The notes: generated from the sequence alone by a model not told the origin. DNA of 64,000 nucleotides from Carcharhinus amblyrhynchos (GCA_965287045.1 OZ336879.1:49786001-49850000), one strand, 5' to 3'. Positions 1 to 9,226 are shown, counted from the stretch's first letter. Program-made: numbers and translations.

Positions 1-51
1 ACCGCTTTTTTCCTGTACTTCCAGTTCTCGGGGCTTGTTAGAGTGTAGTTT

Positions 52-112
52 ACTTCCGTACCGGAAGTTAGGCCAGGGGATTGTCATTAAGGGGGAGCAG
101 GGGGTATAAAAA
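52..112 (+). promoter_or_regulatory. Candidate Pol II promoter: inverted pair of ETS sites plus TATA box
   Basis: ACTTCCG-TAC-CGGAAGT perfect inverted repeat at 52-68; TATAAAAA at 105-112. Confidence 0.5.
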
Positions 113-205
113 TAGGGGTAGCAGCATAGAGCGGGCAACGGAGTGAGTGGGAACAGAGTGAGGAGGGCTTTGGCTCGCTGGGCTTAGGAGAGAGCAGGCT
201 TAGAG

Positions 206-214
206 AAGGTGAGT
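206..214 (+). other. Consensus 5' splice donor upstream of ORF1
   Basis: AAG|GTGAGT with GT at 209-210. Confidence 0.5.
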
Positions 215-254
215 GACAGATTTCTACCTTTGGGAGCTTACAGGAGGTTGGGAC

Positions 255-1148
255 ATGGCAGGGAATATAGGGAGGAATGTAAGTTGTGTCAGGTGCCACA
301 TGTGGGAGTTCCTGGTGGTGTCACGTGTCCCCAAGGTACACATCTGCAGTAAATGTTTGGAACTGCAGCGCTTGAGGGCCCGGGTCAGGCAACTCGAGGG
401 CCGGCTAGAAGATGCATCTCTAGTCAGGGAGAATGAGGAGATAATGGCTGGGAACCATGAGAAGGAGGAGGTCTCGAGGGCTGAAGAGAAGGGAGGATGG
501 ACGACTGTGAGGAGGGGAAAGAGGACGAAGAAGAGCAGTCAGGGTCCCCCAGCCTCCCCAAAGGCCCCCCAAGGTTCGTTGACAGGGGCACAGAAAGATA
601 GGCAGGAGGGGGAGACTAACTTAGAGGGACAGAAGGGGGCCGGTAAGGTGATAGTGGTAGGGGACGGGAGGGTCCGAGGTATCGATAGGAGGTTCTGTGG
701 ACAGAGGCGTGACTCCAGGATGGTGGTCTGCCTCCCTGGAGCAGGGGTAAAGGACATAACGGACAGGGTAGAAGGAATTTTGAAAGGGGAGGGGGCACAG
801 GCTGAGGTCATAGTACATGTAGGGGAGGGGGACATAGGAAGGAGCAGTAGGGTAGAGGTACGTAGGCAATTTAGGGAGCTGGGGGCCAAACTAAAGAGTA
901 GGACCTCCAGGGTGGCACTCTCTGGGTTGCTGCCTGGTACAAGCAGGGCAAAGAATGAAGAGATCATGCAGCTGAATGCATGGTTGAGGGATTGGTGTAG
1001 GGTAGAGGGCTTTACTTTTGTGGATCACTGGGAGGTGTTTAGGAGAGAAGGGCAATTGTACAGGAAGGGTGGGGAGAATTTGAACGGGAGGGGAACTAAT
1101 GTCTTAGCGGGGAGGTTAGCTAGGGTGTTTACGAAGGGTTTAAACTAA
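255..1148 (+). CDS. CR1 ORF1 protein: N-terminal zinc finger and leucine zipper plus SGNH/GDSL esterase-like domain
   Basis: CxxC-x16-CxxC (CVRC...CSKC) then LQRLRARVRQLEGRL coiled coil, WTTVRR motif, and SGNH-like blocks VVGD, LPGA, VHVG. First ATG is at 255 (ACATGG); the ORF track start at 213 is a GTG. Confidence 0.92.
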   Translation: MAGNIGRNVSCVRCHMWEFLVVSRVPKVHICSKCLELQRLRARVRQLEGRLEDASLVRENEEIMAGNHEKEEVSRAEEKGGWTTVRRGKRTKKSSQGPPASPKAPQGSLTGAQKDRQEGETNLEGQKGAGKVIVVGDGRVRGIDRRFCGQRRDSRMVVCLPGAGVKDITDRVEGILKGEGAQAEVIVHVGEGDIGRSSRVEVRRQFRELGAKLKSRTSRVALSGLLPGTSRAKNEEIMQLNAWLRDWCRVEGFTFVDHWEVFRREGQLYRKGGENLNGRGTNVLAGRLARVFTKGLN

Positions 1149-1177
1149 TATGGAGGGGGGGTGGGGAGGTGGCTGGG
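1136..1177 (+). other. Candidate -1 ribosomal frameshift signal
   Basis: In-frame X_XXY_YYZ heptamers G_GGT_TTA (1136-1142) and T_TTA_AAC (1139-1145) just before the ORF1 stop. The -1 frame is the ORF2 frame. G-tracts at 1152-1177. Confidence 0.55.
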
Positions 1178-4027
1178 AGAGAGTCGGGTGAAAGGAAAAG
1201 TATCAGGGAGAAGGAGGTTCCGAGGGACACTTGTGGGTTGAACTGTGTCTGTTTCAATGCTAGGAGTGTGACAGGGAAAATGGATGAGCTTAGGGCCTTG
1301 ATGTGTGTGAGGCAGTTAGATGTGGTGGCTGTAACAGAGACATGGTTAAGGGAAGGGCAGGACTGGCAGCTGAATGTTCCTGGGTACAAGTGTTTTAGGT
1401 GTGACAGAAGAGGGTTGAAGAGAGGTGGAGGGGTGGCACTGTTGGTAAAGGAAAGCATCGCAGTAGTGCAGAGGGAGGACAATATGGAAGAGATAGGGAT
1501 TGAGTCGCTGTGGGTGGAGTTGAGGAATAAAAAGGGAGAGATTACATTGCTAGGGGTGTACTATAGGCCACCCAACAGCCCAAGGTCAGTGGAGGAAGGT
1601 ATTTGCAGGGGCATTTTGGATAGGTGCAGGAAGAATAGGGTGGTTGTAGTGGGTGACTTTAATCTTCCTGGAGTGAATTGGAGGGGGCCTAGAGCTGGGG
1701 GTATGGAGGGAGAGGAGTTTGTGAAATGTGTTTTGGAAGGGTCTCTAGAGCAGTATGTAACTAGTCCGACTAGGGGAGAGGCTATACTGGATTTAGTGTT
1801 GGGTAATGAGCCGGGGCAGGTGGGAGAGGTAGAGGTAGGTGAACATGTGGCTAATAGTGACCACAAGTCCGTCTACTTTAGGATAAAAATGGAAAGGGAC
1901 GAGTGCCAGCCGAACGGGAGTGTGCTGAACTGGGGAAAGGCGAGCTATAGCAGGATTAGGAGGGAGCTGCAGGACACTGATTGGGAGGGACTGTTAGCTG
2001 GCAAGTCCACGGTTGGCAAGTGGGAGGCTTTTAAAGGCAAAATGAAATGGTTGCAGGGGAGGTATGTTCCGGTTAAGAGGAAGGATGGGAAAGGTAGCAT
2101 TAGAGAGCCGTGGATTACAGGGGGTATCGAAGACTTGGTCAGGAAGAAGAGGGAGGCATATGTTAGGTCGAAACGACTGGGTACAGAGAGTGTGCTGGAG
2201 GAATATAGAGAGAGTAGGAGGGAGCTAAAAAGGGGAATTAGAAGGGAGGAGAGAGGGCATGAAATGGCTTTGGCTGGTAGGATTAAGGAGAATCCAAAGG
2301 CATTTTATTCCTATATTAGGAGCAAGAGAGTAGTTAGAGGGAAAATTGGTCCTCTTAGGGACAAAAGTGGGGAGTTATGTATTGAGTCGGAGGGAATGGG
2401 GGAGCTCCTGAATGAATACTTTGCGTCGGTATTCACAAAGGAGAGGGGTTCGGAATCGTGCGGTCTGTTAGAGGGAGCTGAGGATCAGCTGCAGGAGATA
2501 TCTATTACGAGGGAGGAAGTGCTAGGGCTTTTAGGTAGCGTAAGGACGGATAAAGCTCCGGGGCCTGATGGTATTTATCCCAGGCTGCTTAGGGAGGTGA
2601 AAGATGAAATTGCTGGGCCTCTGGCGCAAATCTTTGTCTCTTCTTTGGACACAGGTGAGGTCCCAGAAGACTGGAGGGTGGCAAATGTGGTACCGCTGTT
2701 CAAAAAAGGTAGTAGGGATAACCCTGGGAATTATAGGCCGGTGAGTTTGACATCGGTGGTAGGGAAATTAATGGAAAAAGTACTTAGGGGTAGGATGTAT
2801 GAGCATTTGGAGCGTTGCGGTCTGATTGGGGATACGCAACATGGCTTTGTTAGAGGGAGGTCTTGCCTTACGAATCTGGTGGAATTCTTTGAGGAGGTGA
2901 CAAAAACAGTTGACGATGGGCAAGCCGTTGATGTCATCTATATGGATTTCAGTAAGGCGTTTGACAAAGTCCCTCATGGTAGGCTGGTAGAAAAGGTTAA
3001 GGCGCATGGGATACGAGGCCAGGTAGCTAGGTGGATTGAGAACTGGCTGGGCAATAGGAGACAGAGGGTAGTTGTGGAGGGGACTTTGTCCAGCTGGAGG
3101 CCAGTGACCAGTGATGTGCCGCAGGGCTCGGTACTGGGACCTCTCCTCTTTGTAGTCTACATAAATGACTTGGAAGAGAGCGTAGGTGGTGTGATCAGCA
3201 AGTTTGCTGATGACACCAAGATGGCAGGGTTGGTGGGTACTGAAGTGGATTGTCAGGTGATACAACAGGATATAGATAGGTTGGTGCATTGGGCAGATAG
3301 GTGGCAGATGGCATTTAATCCTGACAAATGCGAGGTGATGCATTTTGGAAGGAATAATATAGAGAGGAGCTATGTGATTAAAGGTAGACAAATTAGAAGT
3401 ATAGAAACACAGAGGGACCTGGGAGTGCAGGTTCACAAATCCATAAAGGTTGTGACACAAGTGGAGAATGTTGTCAGGAAGGCTTATGGAATGCTAGCCT
3501 TTATAGGAAGAGGTATAGAGTTTAAAAGCTGCCGTCTAATGCTTCAGTTGTATAGAACGTTGGTTAGACCGCATTTGGAGTACTGCGTCCAGTTCTGGTC
3601 ACCTTACTACCGGAAGGACGTGGAGGCTCTGGAAAGGGTGCAGAGGAGGTTTACCAGGATGTTGCCTGGCATGGAGGGGTTGGGTTACGAGGAAAGGTTG
3701 GAGAAACTGGGACTGTTCTCTTTGGAAAGACGGAGATTGAGGGGTGACATGATAGAGGTATATAAGATACTGAAGGGAATAGACAGGGTCAATAGTGAGA
3801 GACTGCTCCCTAGATTGGTTACGAATACAAGAGGACATGATTTAAGGGTGAGGGGGGAGAGGTATAATTTGGATATGAGAGGAAGGTTCTTTACGCAGAG
3901 AGCTGTGGGGGTATGGAACACGCTACCAAGTGGGGTGGTGGAGGTGGGAACGTTGGACTCGTTTAAGGTTCAGTTAGATAGGCACATGAGTGAAACGAGG
4001 ATGGAGGGTTATGGTAGGGGTTATTGA
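1169..4027 (+). CDS. CR1 ORF2 protein: apurinic-like endonuclease plus reverse transcriptase
   Basis: Motifs FNARS, VTETW, GGGVA, GVYYRPP, GDFN, LDLV, SDH (EN); KAPGPDG, YRPVSLTS, DFSKAFD, PQGSVLGP, FADD at 3203-3214 (RT); C-terminal TRGH. The frame is open from 1124 and the start codon is uncertain. One suspicious substitution, SGVPQG to SDVPQG, at 3113-3115. Confidence 0.97.
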   Translation: MAGRESGERKSIREKEVPRDTCGLNCVCFNARSVTGKMDELRALMCVRQLDVVAVTETWLREGQDWQLNVPGYKCFRCDRRGLKRGGGVALLVKESIAVVQREDNMEEIGIESLWVELRNKKGEITLLGVYYRPPNSPRSVEEGICRGILDRCRKNRVVVVGDFNLPGVNWRGPRAGGMEGEEFVKCVLEGSLEQYVTSPTRGEAILDLVLGNEPGQVGEVEVGEHVANSDHKSVYFRIKMERDECQPNGSVLNWGKASYSRIRRELQDTDWEGLLAGKSTVGKWEAFKGKMKWLQGRYVPVKRKDGKGSIREPWITGGIEDLVRKKREAYVRSKRLGTESVLEEYRESRRELKRGIRREERGHEMALAGRIKENPKAFYSYIRSKRVVRGKIGPLRDKSGELCIESEGMGELLNEYFASVFTKERGSESCGLLEGAEDQLQEISITREEVLGLLGSVRTDKAPGPDGIYPRLLREVKDEIAGPLAQIFVSSLDTGEVPEDWRVANVVPLFKKGSRDNPGNYRPVSLTSVVGKLMEKVLRGRMYEHLERCGLIGDTQHGFVRGRSCLTNLVEFFEEVTKTVDDGQAVDVIYMDFSKAFDKVPHGRLVEKVKAHGIRGQVARWIENWLGNRRQRVVVEGTLSSWRPVTSDVPQGSVLGPLLFVVYINDLEESVGGVISKFADDTKMAGLVGTEVDCQVIQQDIDRLVHWADRWQMAFNPDKCEVMHFGRNNIERSYVIKGRQIRSIETQRDLGVQVHKSIKVVTQVENVVRKAYGMLAFIGRGIEFKSCRLMLQLYRTLVRPHLEYCVQFWSPYYRKDVEALERVQRRFTRMLPGMEGLGYEERLEKLGLFSLERRRLRGDMIEVYKILKGIDRVNSERLLPRLVTNTRGHDLRVRGERYNLDMRGRFFTQRAVGVWNTLPSGVVEVGTLDSFKVQLDRHMSETRMEGYGRGY

Positions 4028-4070
4028 ATAAGGGTTAGAACCTCGGGAGACACCGGAAAGGCAGGCTTGT

Positions 4071-4101
4071 GATTAACGTTTTTGTCTTTTCACTCCGCAG
4101 G
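4071..4101 (+). other. Consensus 3' splice acceptor downstream of ORF2
   Basis: Branch-like GATTAAC (A at 4076), pyrimidine tract TTTTTGTCTTTTCACTCC, CAG|G at 4098-4101. Confidence 0.55.
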
Positions 4102-4229
4102 TGGAGGTCCACCTCGTTGTCAAACGAGGGGCATGCACACGGTGGGTTGTGCGTGGGCTGCTCCTGGAGGTTCCGGGAGTGGCCTAGTACTTCGTGTCGG
4201 TGTGTGTGCTTGATCCTGGACTGGTAGAC

Positions 4230-4410
4230 GGGCGCCGCAACAGCTCGGTGACTAGCACTGCTGGCTGTGCAGATACATGGATTTGGGCCTGTGTCTGTGG
4301 GAGTTTGTGCATTCTCCCTGTGGTTGCGTGGGTTTCCTCCGGGCGCTCCAGTTTCCTCCCACACCCCAAAGATGTGCTCTTAGGCTGATTGGTTTTACCA
4401 AATTGACACT
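4230..4410 (+). mobile_element. V-SINE (HE1-like) degenerate tRNA head and V-domain embedded in the LINE 3' UTR
   Basis: GGGCGCCGC...GACTAGCACTGCTG head remnant, then GGAGTTTGTGCATTCTCCCTGTGGTTGCGTGGGTTTCCTCCGGGCGCTCCAGTTTCCTCCCACA, matching free SINE copies at 7851, 23741 and 62125. Confidence 0.85.
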
Positions 4411-4844
4411 ATTCTCCCCTGAATCTGGTTAAGTCAGGGGTTCTATTTGTAGATACGCAGGGTAGAATAGGTGTAGGGTGATGCGGCGGCGCGGGCTTGT
4501 TGGGCCGAAGGGCCTGTTTCCCGTGCTGGGTTGTTCTTTGTTCTTTGTACTAAGTAGTAAACTCAGAACAGAGATGAAAGTGAGGAGGAGAACAAGAAGC
4601 AGAAGTAGAAGACAATGAACAAAAACATTAGTGGAGTCAGAGATGGAGAAAAATGTAAAATAAGAACTGAATAAAACAAGAGTGAAAGAGAAAAGAGTTT
4701 GGGAAAGAGTTGTAAAGATGGAGGAGACAGGCTTTTACTTTTTCAGATGTACTAAAGGCCAGAGGAGTGAGAGACTGAGAAAAACTGGGGGAGTAAGTGG
4801 AATCAGGATATTGAATTTGATGATCAGCCATGATACCTTGTGGC

Positions 4845-5012
4845 TAAAAATCATTAGCAATGGTTGCCACCCTCATCTGGAGGCATGTTTGGGACAAGTC
4901 TATTTTGCTGAACTACTGGCCTCCAACCAGTCCAGCGAATAGGTCCTCAATTAGGGGCAAGGAGTACTGGTCAGCACACAGCACTCGATTAAAGTACCCA
5001 CAGATAGGTACA
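4845..5012 (-). mobile_element. Gypsy-type RT fragment
   Basis: Translates as ICG..NRVLCADQYSLPLIEDLFAGLVGGQ.FSKIDLS, a Gypsy RT N-terminal motif. Confidence 0.75.
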
Positions 5013-5029
5013 GAACCATTAGATTTAAT

Positions 5030-5630
5030 ACTTGATTTGATCTGACTTTTATTATTGTCATATGTATTAGTATACAGTGAAAAATATTGTTTCTTGCACA
5101 CTGTTTGTAGTTAAGGAAAGGACAGAGTGCAGAATGTAGTGTTACAGTCATAGCTAGGATGTAGAGAAAGATCAACTTAGTGCAAGGTAAGTCCATTCAA
5201 AAGTCTGATGGCAGCAGGGGAGAAGCTGTTCTTGAGTCGGTTGGTAAGTGACCTCAGACTTTTGTACCTTCTTCCCAATGGAAGAAGGTGAAAGAGTATG
5301 TCCAGGGTGCGTGGGATCCTTAATTATGCTGGCTGCTTTGCCGAGGCAGCAGGAAGTGGAGACAGTCAGTGAATGGGAGGCTGGTTTGCATGATGGATTG
5401 GGCTGCGTTCACAACTTTTTGTAGTTTCTTGCAGTCTTGGGAAGACCAGGAGCCATACCAACCTGTGATACAATCAAAAAGAATTCTTTCTATTGTGCAT
5501 CTGTAAAAGTTGGTGAGAGTCGTAGCTGACATGCCAAATTTCCTTAGTCTTCTGAGAAAGTAGATGGTGGGCTTTCTTAAGTATAGTGTTGGCATGGGGG
5601 ATCCAGGATAGGTTGTTGTGATCTGGGCAC
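5030..5630 (-). mobile_element. Rex1/Babar LINE 3' fragment
   Basis: YFLRRLRKFGMS..TLTNFYRCTIE.IL..CIT.WYG..LQKVV motif; tail AATAAA followed by TCAAA-like repeats on the minus strand. Confidence 0.85.
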
Positions 5631-5889
5631 CTTTGCTAACCTTCTCAGTGTTGCAACAAATTACAATATGTTTTTGCTCTCTTGTTGGCTCTATCTCAGC
5701 TGTTATCAGTGGCTTAAGTAAGAAATTATTTTTGAGAATCTTGGTCAGTTCCTTGTGGGTTTTTCAGGATGGACAAGGCTTTGTAACAATGTAAAGGTTT
5801 TACACCCTACTATGCTTAAGGTGATTATCTTAAGTTAATCATGTTCACAGCCAGATAACATTGAAATCTCTCTTTGTCAGCATTCCAAA

Positions 5890-6022
5890 GGTGGGATTTT
5901 CCAGCCATGCTTGCCCCAACAATGGAAAATCCCACTTGAAGTCAATGGACCTTTGCATGGTCCACACGCCCCACCCCAACCCACTACAATTCCCGTGGCG
6001 GAATCAGCAGGAAAGTTCCCCT
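5890..6022. mobile_element. Short (~130 bp) MITE
   Basis: GGTGGGATTTTCC...GGAAAGTTCCCC termini; related copies near 31488 and 62802. Confidence 0.6.
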
Positions 6023-7850
6023 GCATGTTTCAATGCTTCCTTAGAATGCCTCTATGGAACCAAGTTTGCCCACCATTGCAGTTCCAGTTATTAAATCATA
6101 GCACTTTCTTTATTTTCCTCTTCTATCATTTCTTCTTTATTAATTTGTATTATTTGTCTTGTTGTTTTATTTTAGTTGGATCTGTAGTTTGGGGAAAAAA
6201 AACCTTTTCAAACTACTCTTTGGTGGGCTTCTATTCCCTAAACAAGAAGATTTTACTTGTAATTCCTATGTCTTTTGTAATGTTTTATTTGGACAAGTAG
6301 CTTCCCTTTTTGGATGTATAGGTCCAATCTCTCATCAGAGTGGGAGAATCCCGTTGAGAAGATGTAACCCCTATGAGCGAGATTCCATCCAGCCTCTAAA
6401 CGTAAGTAAACTCGTTTGTTTCAAGGCTACTCATGCTTTTTTACTTGCAGTGGAGGGTTTTTCAACCTGTTTCAGAGTCAAGGCTCTGGATTTATTTTCT
6501 TTTTCTTTTGTCTTTCCGACATTGATGATCCATTTTGTGCCAAAGTCACAACTGAGAAGAAAATCTTCAGAATCTTGTCAATTTTGGCTTAAAACCAATT
6601 TTGTTGCCAGTTTTTTCTTGTCATGTATGTGCAATTGTTTCTGACCACTTTGACAGGGCAAAGAATTTCTGAGATGCCACACTGGGCTATCTAAACAAAC
6701 CAGTAGATCTTTATTTACAAGGTATTGCCTGATTGAAGTCCAACATGGAAGTGAGATAAAAACTCACAAATGTCTCTGGTGATGTCACAGCATGTCACTT
6801 GACTAACCACATAGCAATGCATTACTTTAAAATACACAAAACTCATTCACTAACAGTCTCACATCTTACTTTCCCTCTGATATTGCCCATTACAGCATCT
6901 CCTGGGCCACAATGCAAAAATGCACCACCAAACTAACATTCCAAATCAAGTTTGTAAAACAGACCGTACAGCATTCCATGCAGAAGTCAACTATTCAGCC
7001 TTGCACTTTGCTTTAATGCCTGTCTTCACTATACCTTTACCTGTCCTAGTGCTCCTATGTAGTGCTAGCCCAGTGTCTCCATCATGATAGTAGAATGTGT
7101 GGTGCATAGTGTTTTAGAAAGTGCAATGTTCATTTTCATCACTTGAAGTACCCATACATATTTTTACCAGCAGAAAGAGTCTGCAGAAAGTATTGTGTTG
7201 ATCAAACAATTTTACATCTGGTGTTTCTGACTGTTTTATGTCCCAATAAATTCATTCTGGTAATGAGGATAATGCAAAATACAAAGCATTCTTTCCAGCT
7301 ATGAATCTTTTTTGAGGGTTTTGCCTATTTTCTGTAAAGAAGACAGCATTTCAAGCTGAAATATACTCAGACTGTGTCAAGTGCACATAAGCTGGGATCA
7401 AATAAATGGGAAAGCTTTTACAGATAAGGTTCATTGATGTTGCTGCTGCATATGGCAGTTTCTATGCCCAAATATAACTTTTTGAAGGACATTTCAATCC
7501 ATCATTTGTATTCCCACATTGCGAGAAGTGGCTGTGATGTTTCAAAGTCTTGATCACAAGTTTTGCAATCACAGATGACAAAAGGAGAAAGGCCTTACTT
7601 CTTCACAATGACAGTAAAAAATGGGAAGATACTTCTGACAGACTTACACCTGAGAAAAATGGCAGCTACGAGTCCAGAAGCATTTTCTCACCCAAGACAA
7701 ATCTGATTTCACACCCAAGACAAATGCAAAATATGAAACAATTATCTTGCAACGGATAAAGCAAGCTGCAAACAAGTCAAATAACCAATATCACATGCGG
7801 TTGAAGCAATCAGCAAACAAATGTGACTTTGGTGAGAATTAACTTGTTTA

Positions 7851-8170
7851 ATGGTGGCACAGTGGTTAGCACTGCTGCCTCACAGCTCCAGGGCCCTGAG
7901 CTTGTTTCCCAGCTTGGGTCACTGTCTGTGTGAAGTTTGCACATTCTCCCCACGTGCTTCCAGGTGCTCCGGTTTCCTCCCACAGTCCAAAGATCTGCAG
8001 GCTTGTTTGGTTTACCATGCTAAATTGCCCCTTAGTCCTGGGATGCATAGGTTGGAGGGATTAGTGGTGTAAATCTGTGGGGTTATGGGGCTAGGACCTG
8101 GATGAGATTGTTATCGGTGCAGACTTGATGGGCCTAATGGTCTCCTTCTGCACTGTAGGGATTCTATAAT
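7851..8170 (+). mobile_element. tRNA-derived V-SINE (HE1-like)
   Basis: TGGCACAGTGGTTAGCACTGCTGCCTCACAG head, V core, CR1-type tail ending GATTCTAT. Confidence 0.9.
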
Positions 8171-9226
8171 GTGTAATTATAACACAAAAAATCAATAATT
8201 ATCTTGAGGGCAAAAAACATTTGGGAAAGACAAAAAGCCATCAGAACTGTTAAATTAGCAAAATCATTATTGTTTTCAGAGTCCAGAGCTACTGAATTTG
8301 AGGCTGCCAAAAACCATACTCTATGTTCAAATGTTCATCGCTCACCTGTCAAGAAAGCAACAGCAATCTCAGAAACAGAGTTGCAATTTGTCTAATGAAT
8401 ATTTCCACTGTGATTCTGCTTATTCACACCAGGCAGATTGTCCTGCTACTGGAAAACAGTGTAAAGCTTGTGTAAAACTCAAGCACTTTGCTTGTGTTTG
8501 TCACTCATCAGCAAAATCAATAGTTAAGAGCACTGCCAACAGAGAGGTGACATATGTGCCTACCACAGCAAAAGGGCATGGGAATGTAGCCAAAATACAG
8601 GCAGATAACCCTGAGCATACTTCTGTTCTTGCTTTGAAACATGCAACCAGTTATGTGTCACAACGATCATCAATATAGATTGGGCATTGATACAGGAGCC
8701 TCTGTTAATGTCATGGGAGACAAAATGTTCAACAGAATTCAGGACTGTCCCATTCCCAGCAAACCAGGGACTACAAAAATTTTCCTTTAGAACAATGACA
8801 TACCACTGAAAATTCTCAGGACTGTTGAAATGCCAATCTCATTCATAGACGCCAAAACAAATGTTGCATTTTATGTTACGTGTAGAGAATGTGGCACACT
8901 TATCAGATTCCACATGCCAACAGATTTGTACATGATTATATGATTTCTATGCATACTAACAGCAATCTTGAATTGCATGCTACAGCTTCACTGGTATCAT
9001 CAGCAAACTGAAAGATGTTATAGGCAAATTGAATGTAGAGTTTAATGTGCCCCCAGTCATGATCAACAGCTGTGAATACCATTTCATGTTAAGGTGTGGA
9101 CTGAGAAGGAAGTTCAGCATCTACATGACCTTGACTGTATTGTGAAAGTCGGAAATGAGCCTATCCCTTAAGTCTCACCCATACGGGTTGTCAAGGAACC
9201 TAAAAGCAAGAATCATATCAGAATCA

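Larger units (their letters stand above)
1..4548 (+). mobile_element. Near full-length CR1-clade LINE (5' UTR, ORF1, ORF2, long 3' UTR, GTTCTTT-repeat tail); the 5' end may extend beyond the window
   Basis: Two intact ORFs with CR1 domain content. The 3' end GGGCCGAAGGGCCTGTTTCCCGTGCTG...GTTCTTTGTTCTTTGT is the typical chondrichthyan CR1 tail. Many CpGs are retained, suggesting a young copy. Confidence 0.95.

Noticed and set aside
213-254. ORF-track start of ORF1 at GTG 213
   Set aside because: It overlaps the splice-donor motif. The ATG at 255 has good context and sits just before the zinc finger.
1150-1191. ATG just after the ORF1 stop as a reinitiation start for ORF2
   Set aside because: It is in a different frame from ORF2 and ends at a TGA after 13 codons.
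2768-3460. 230-aa antisense ORF within ORF2
   Set aside because: Shadow ORF with no recognisable motifs.
4133-4213. Peptide encoded by the putative spliced exon 2
   Set aside because: Only about 26 codons with no features; the spliced RNA is more plausibly non-coding.
7851-7925. tRNA-like sequences at SINE heads
   Set aside because: SINE-derived, not complete cloverleaf tRNA genes.
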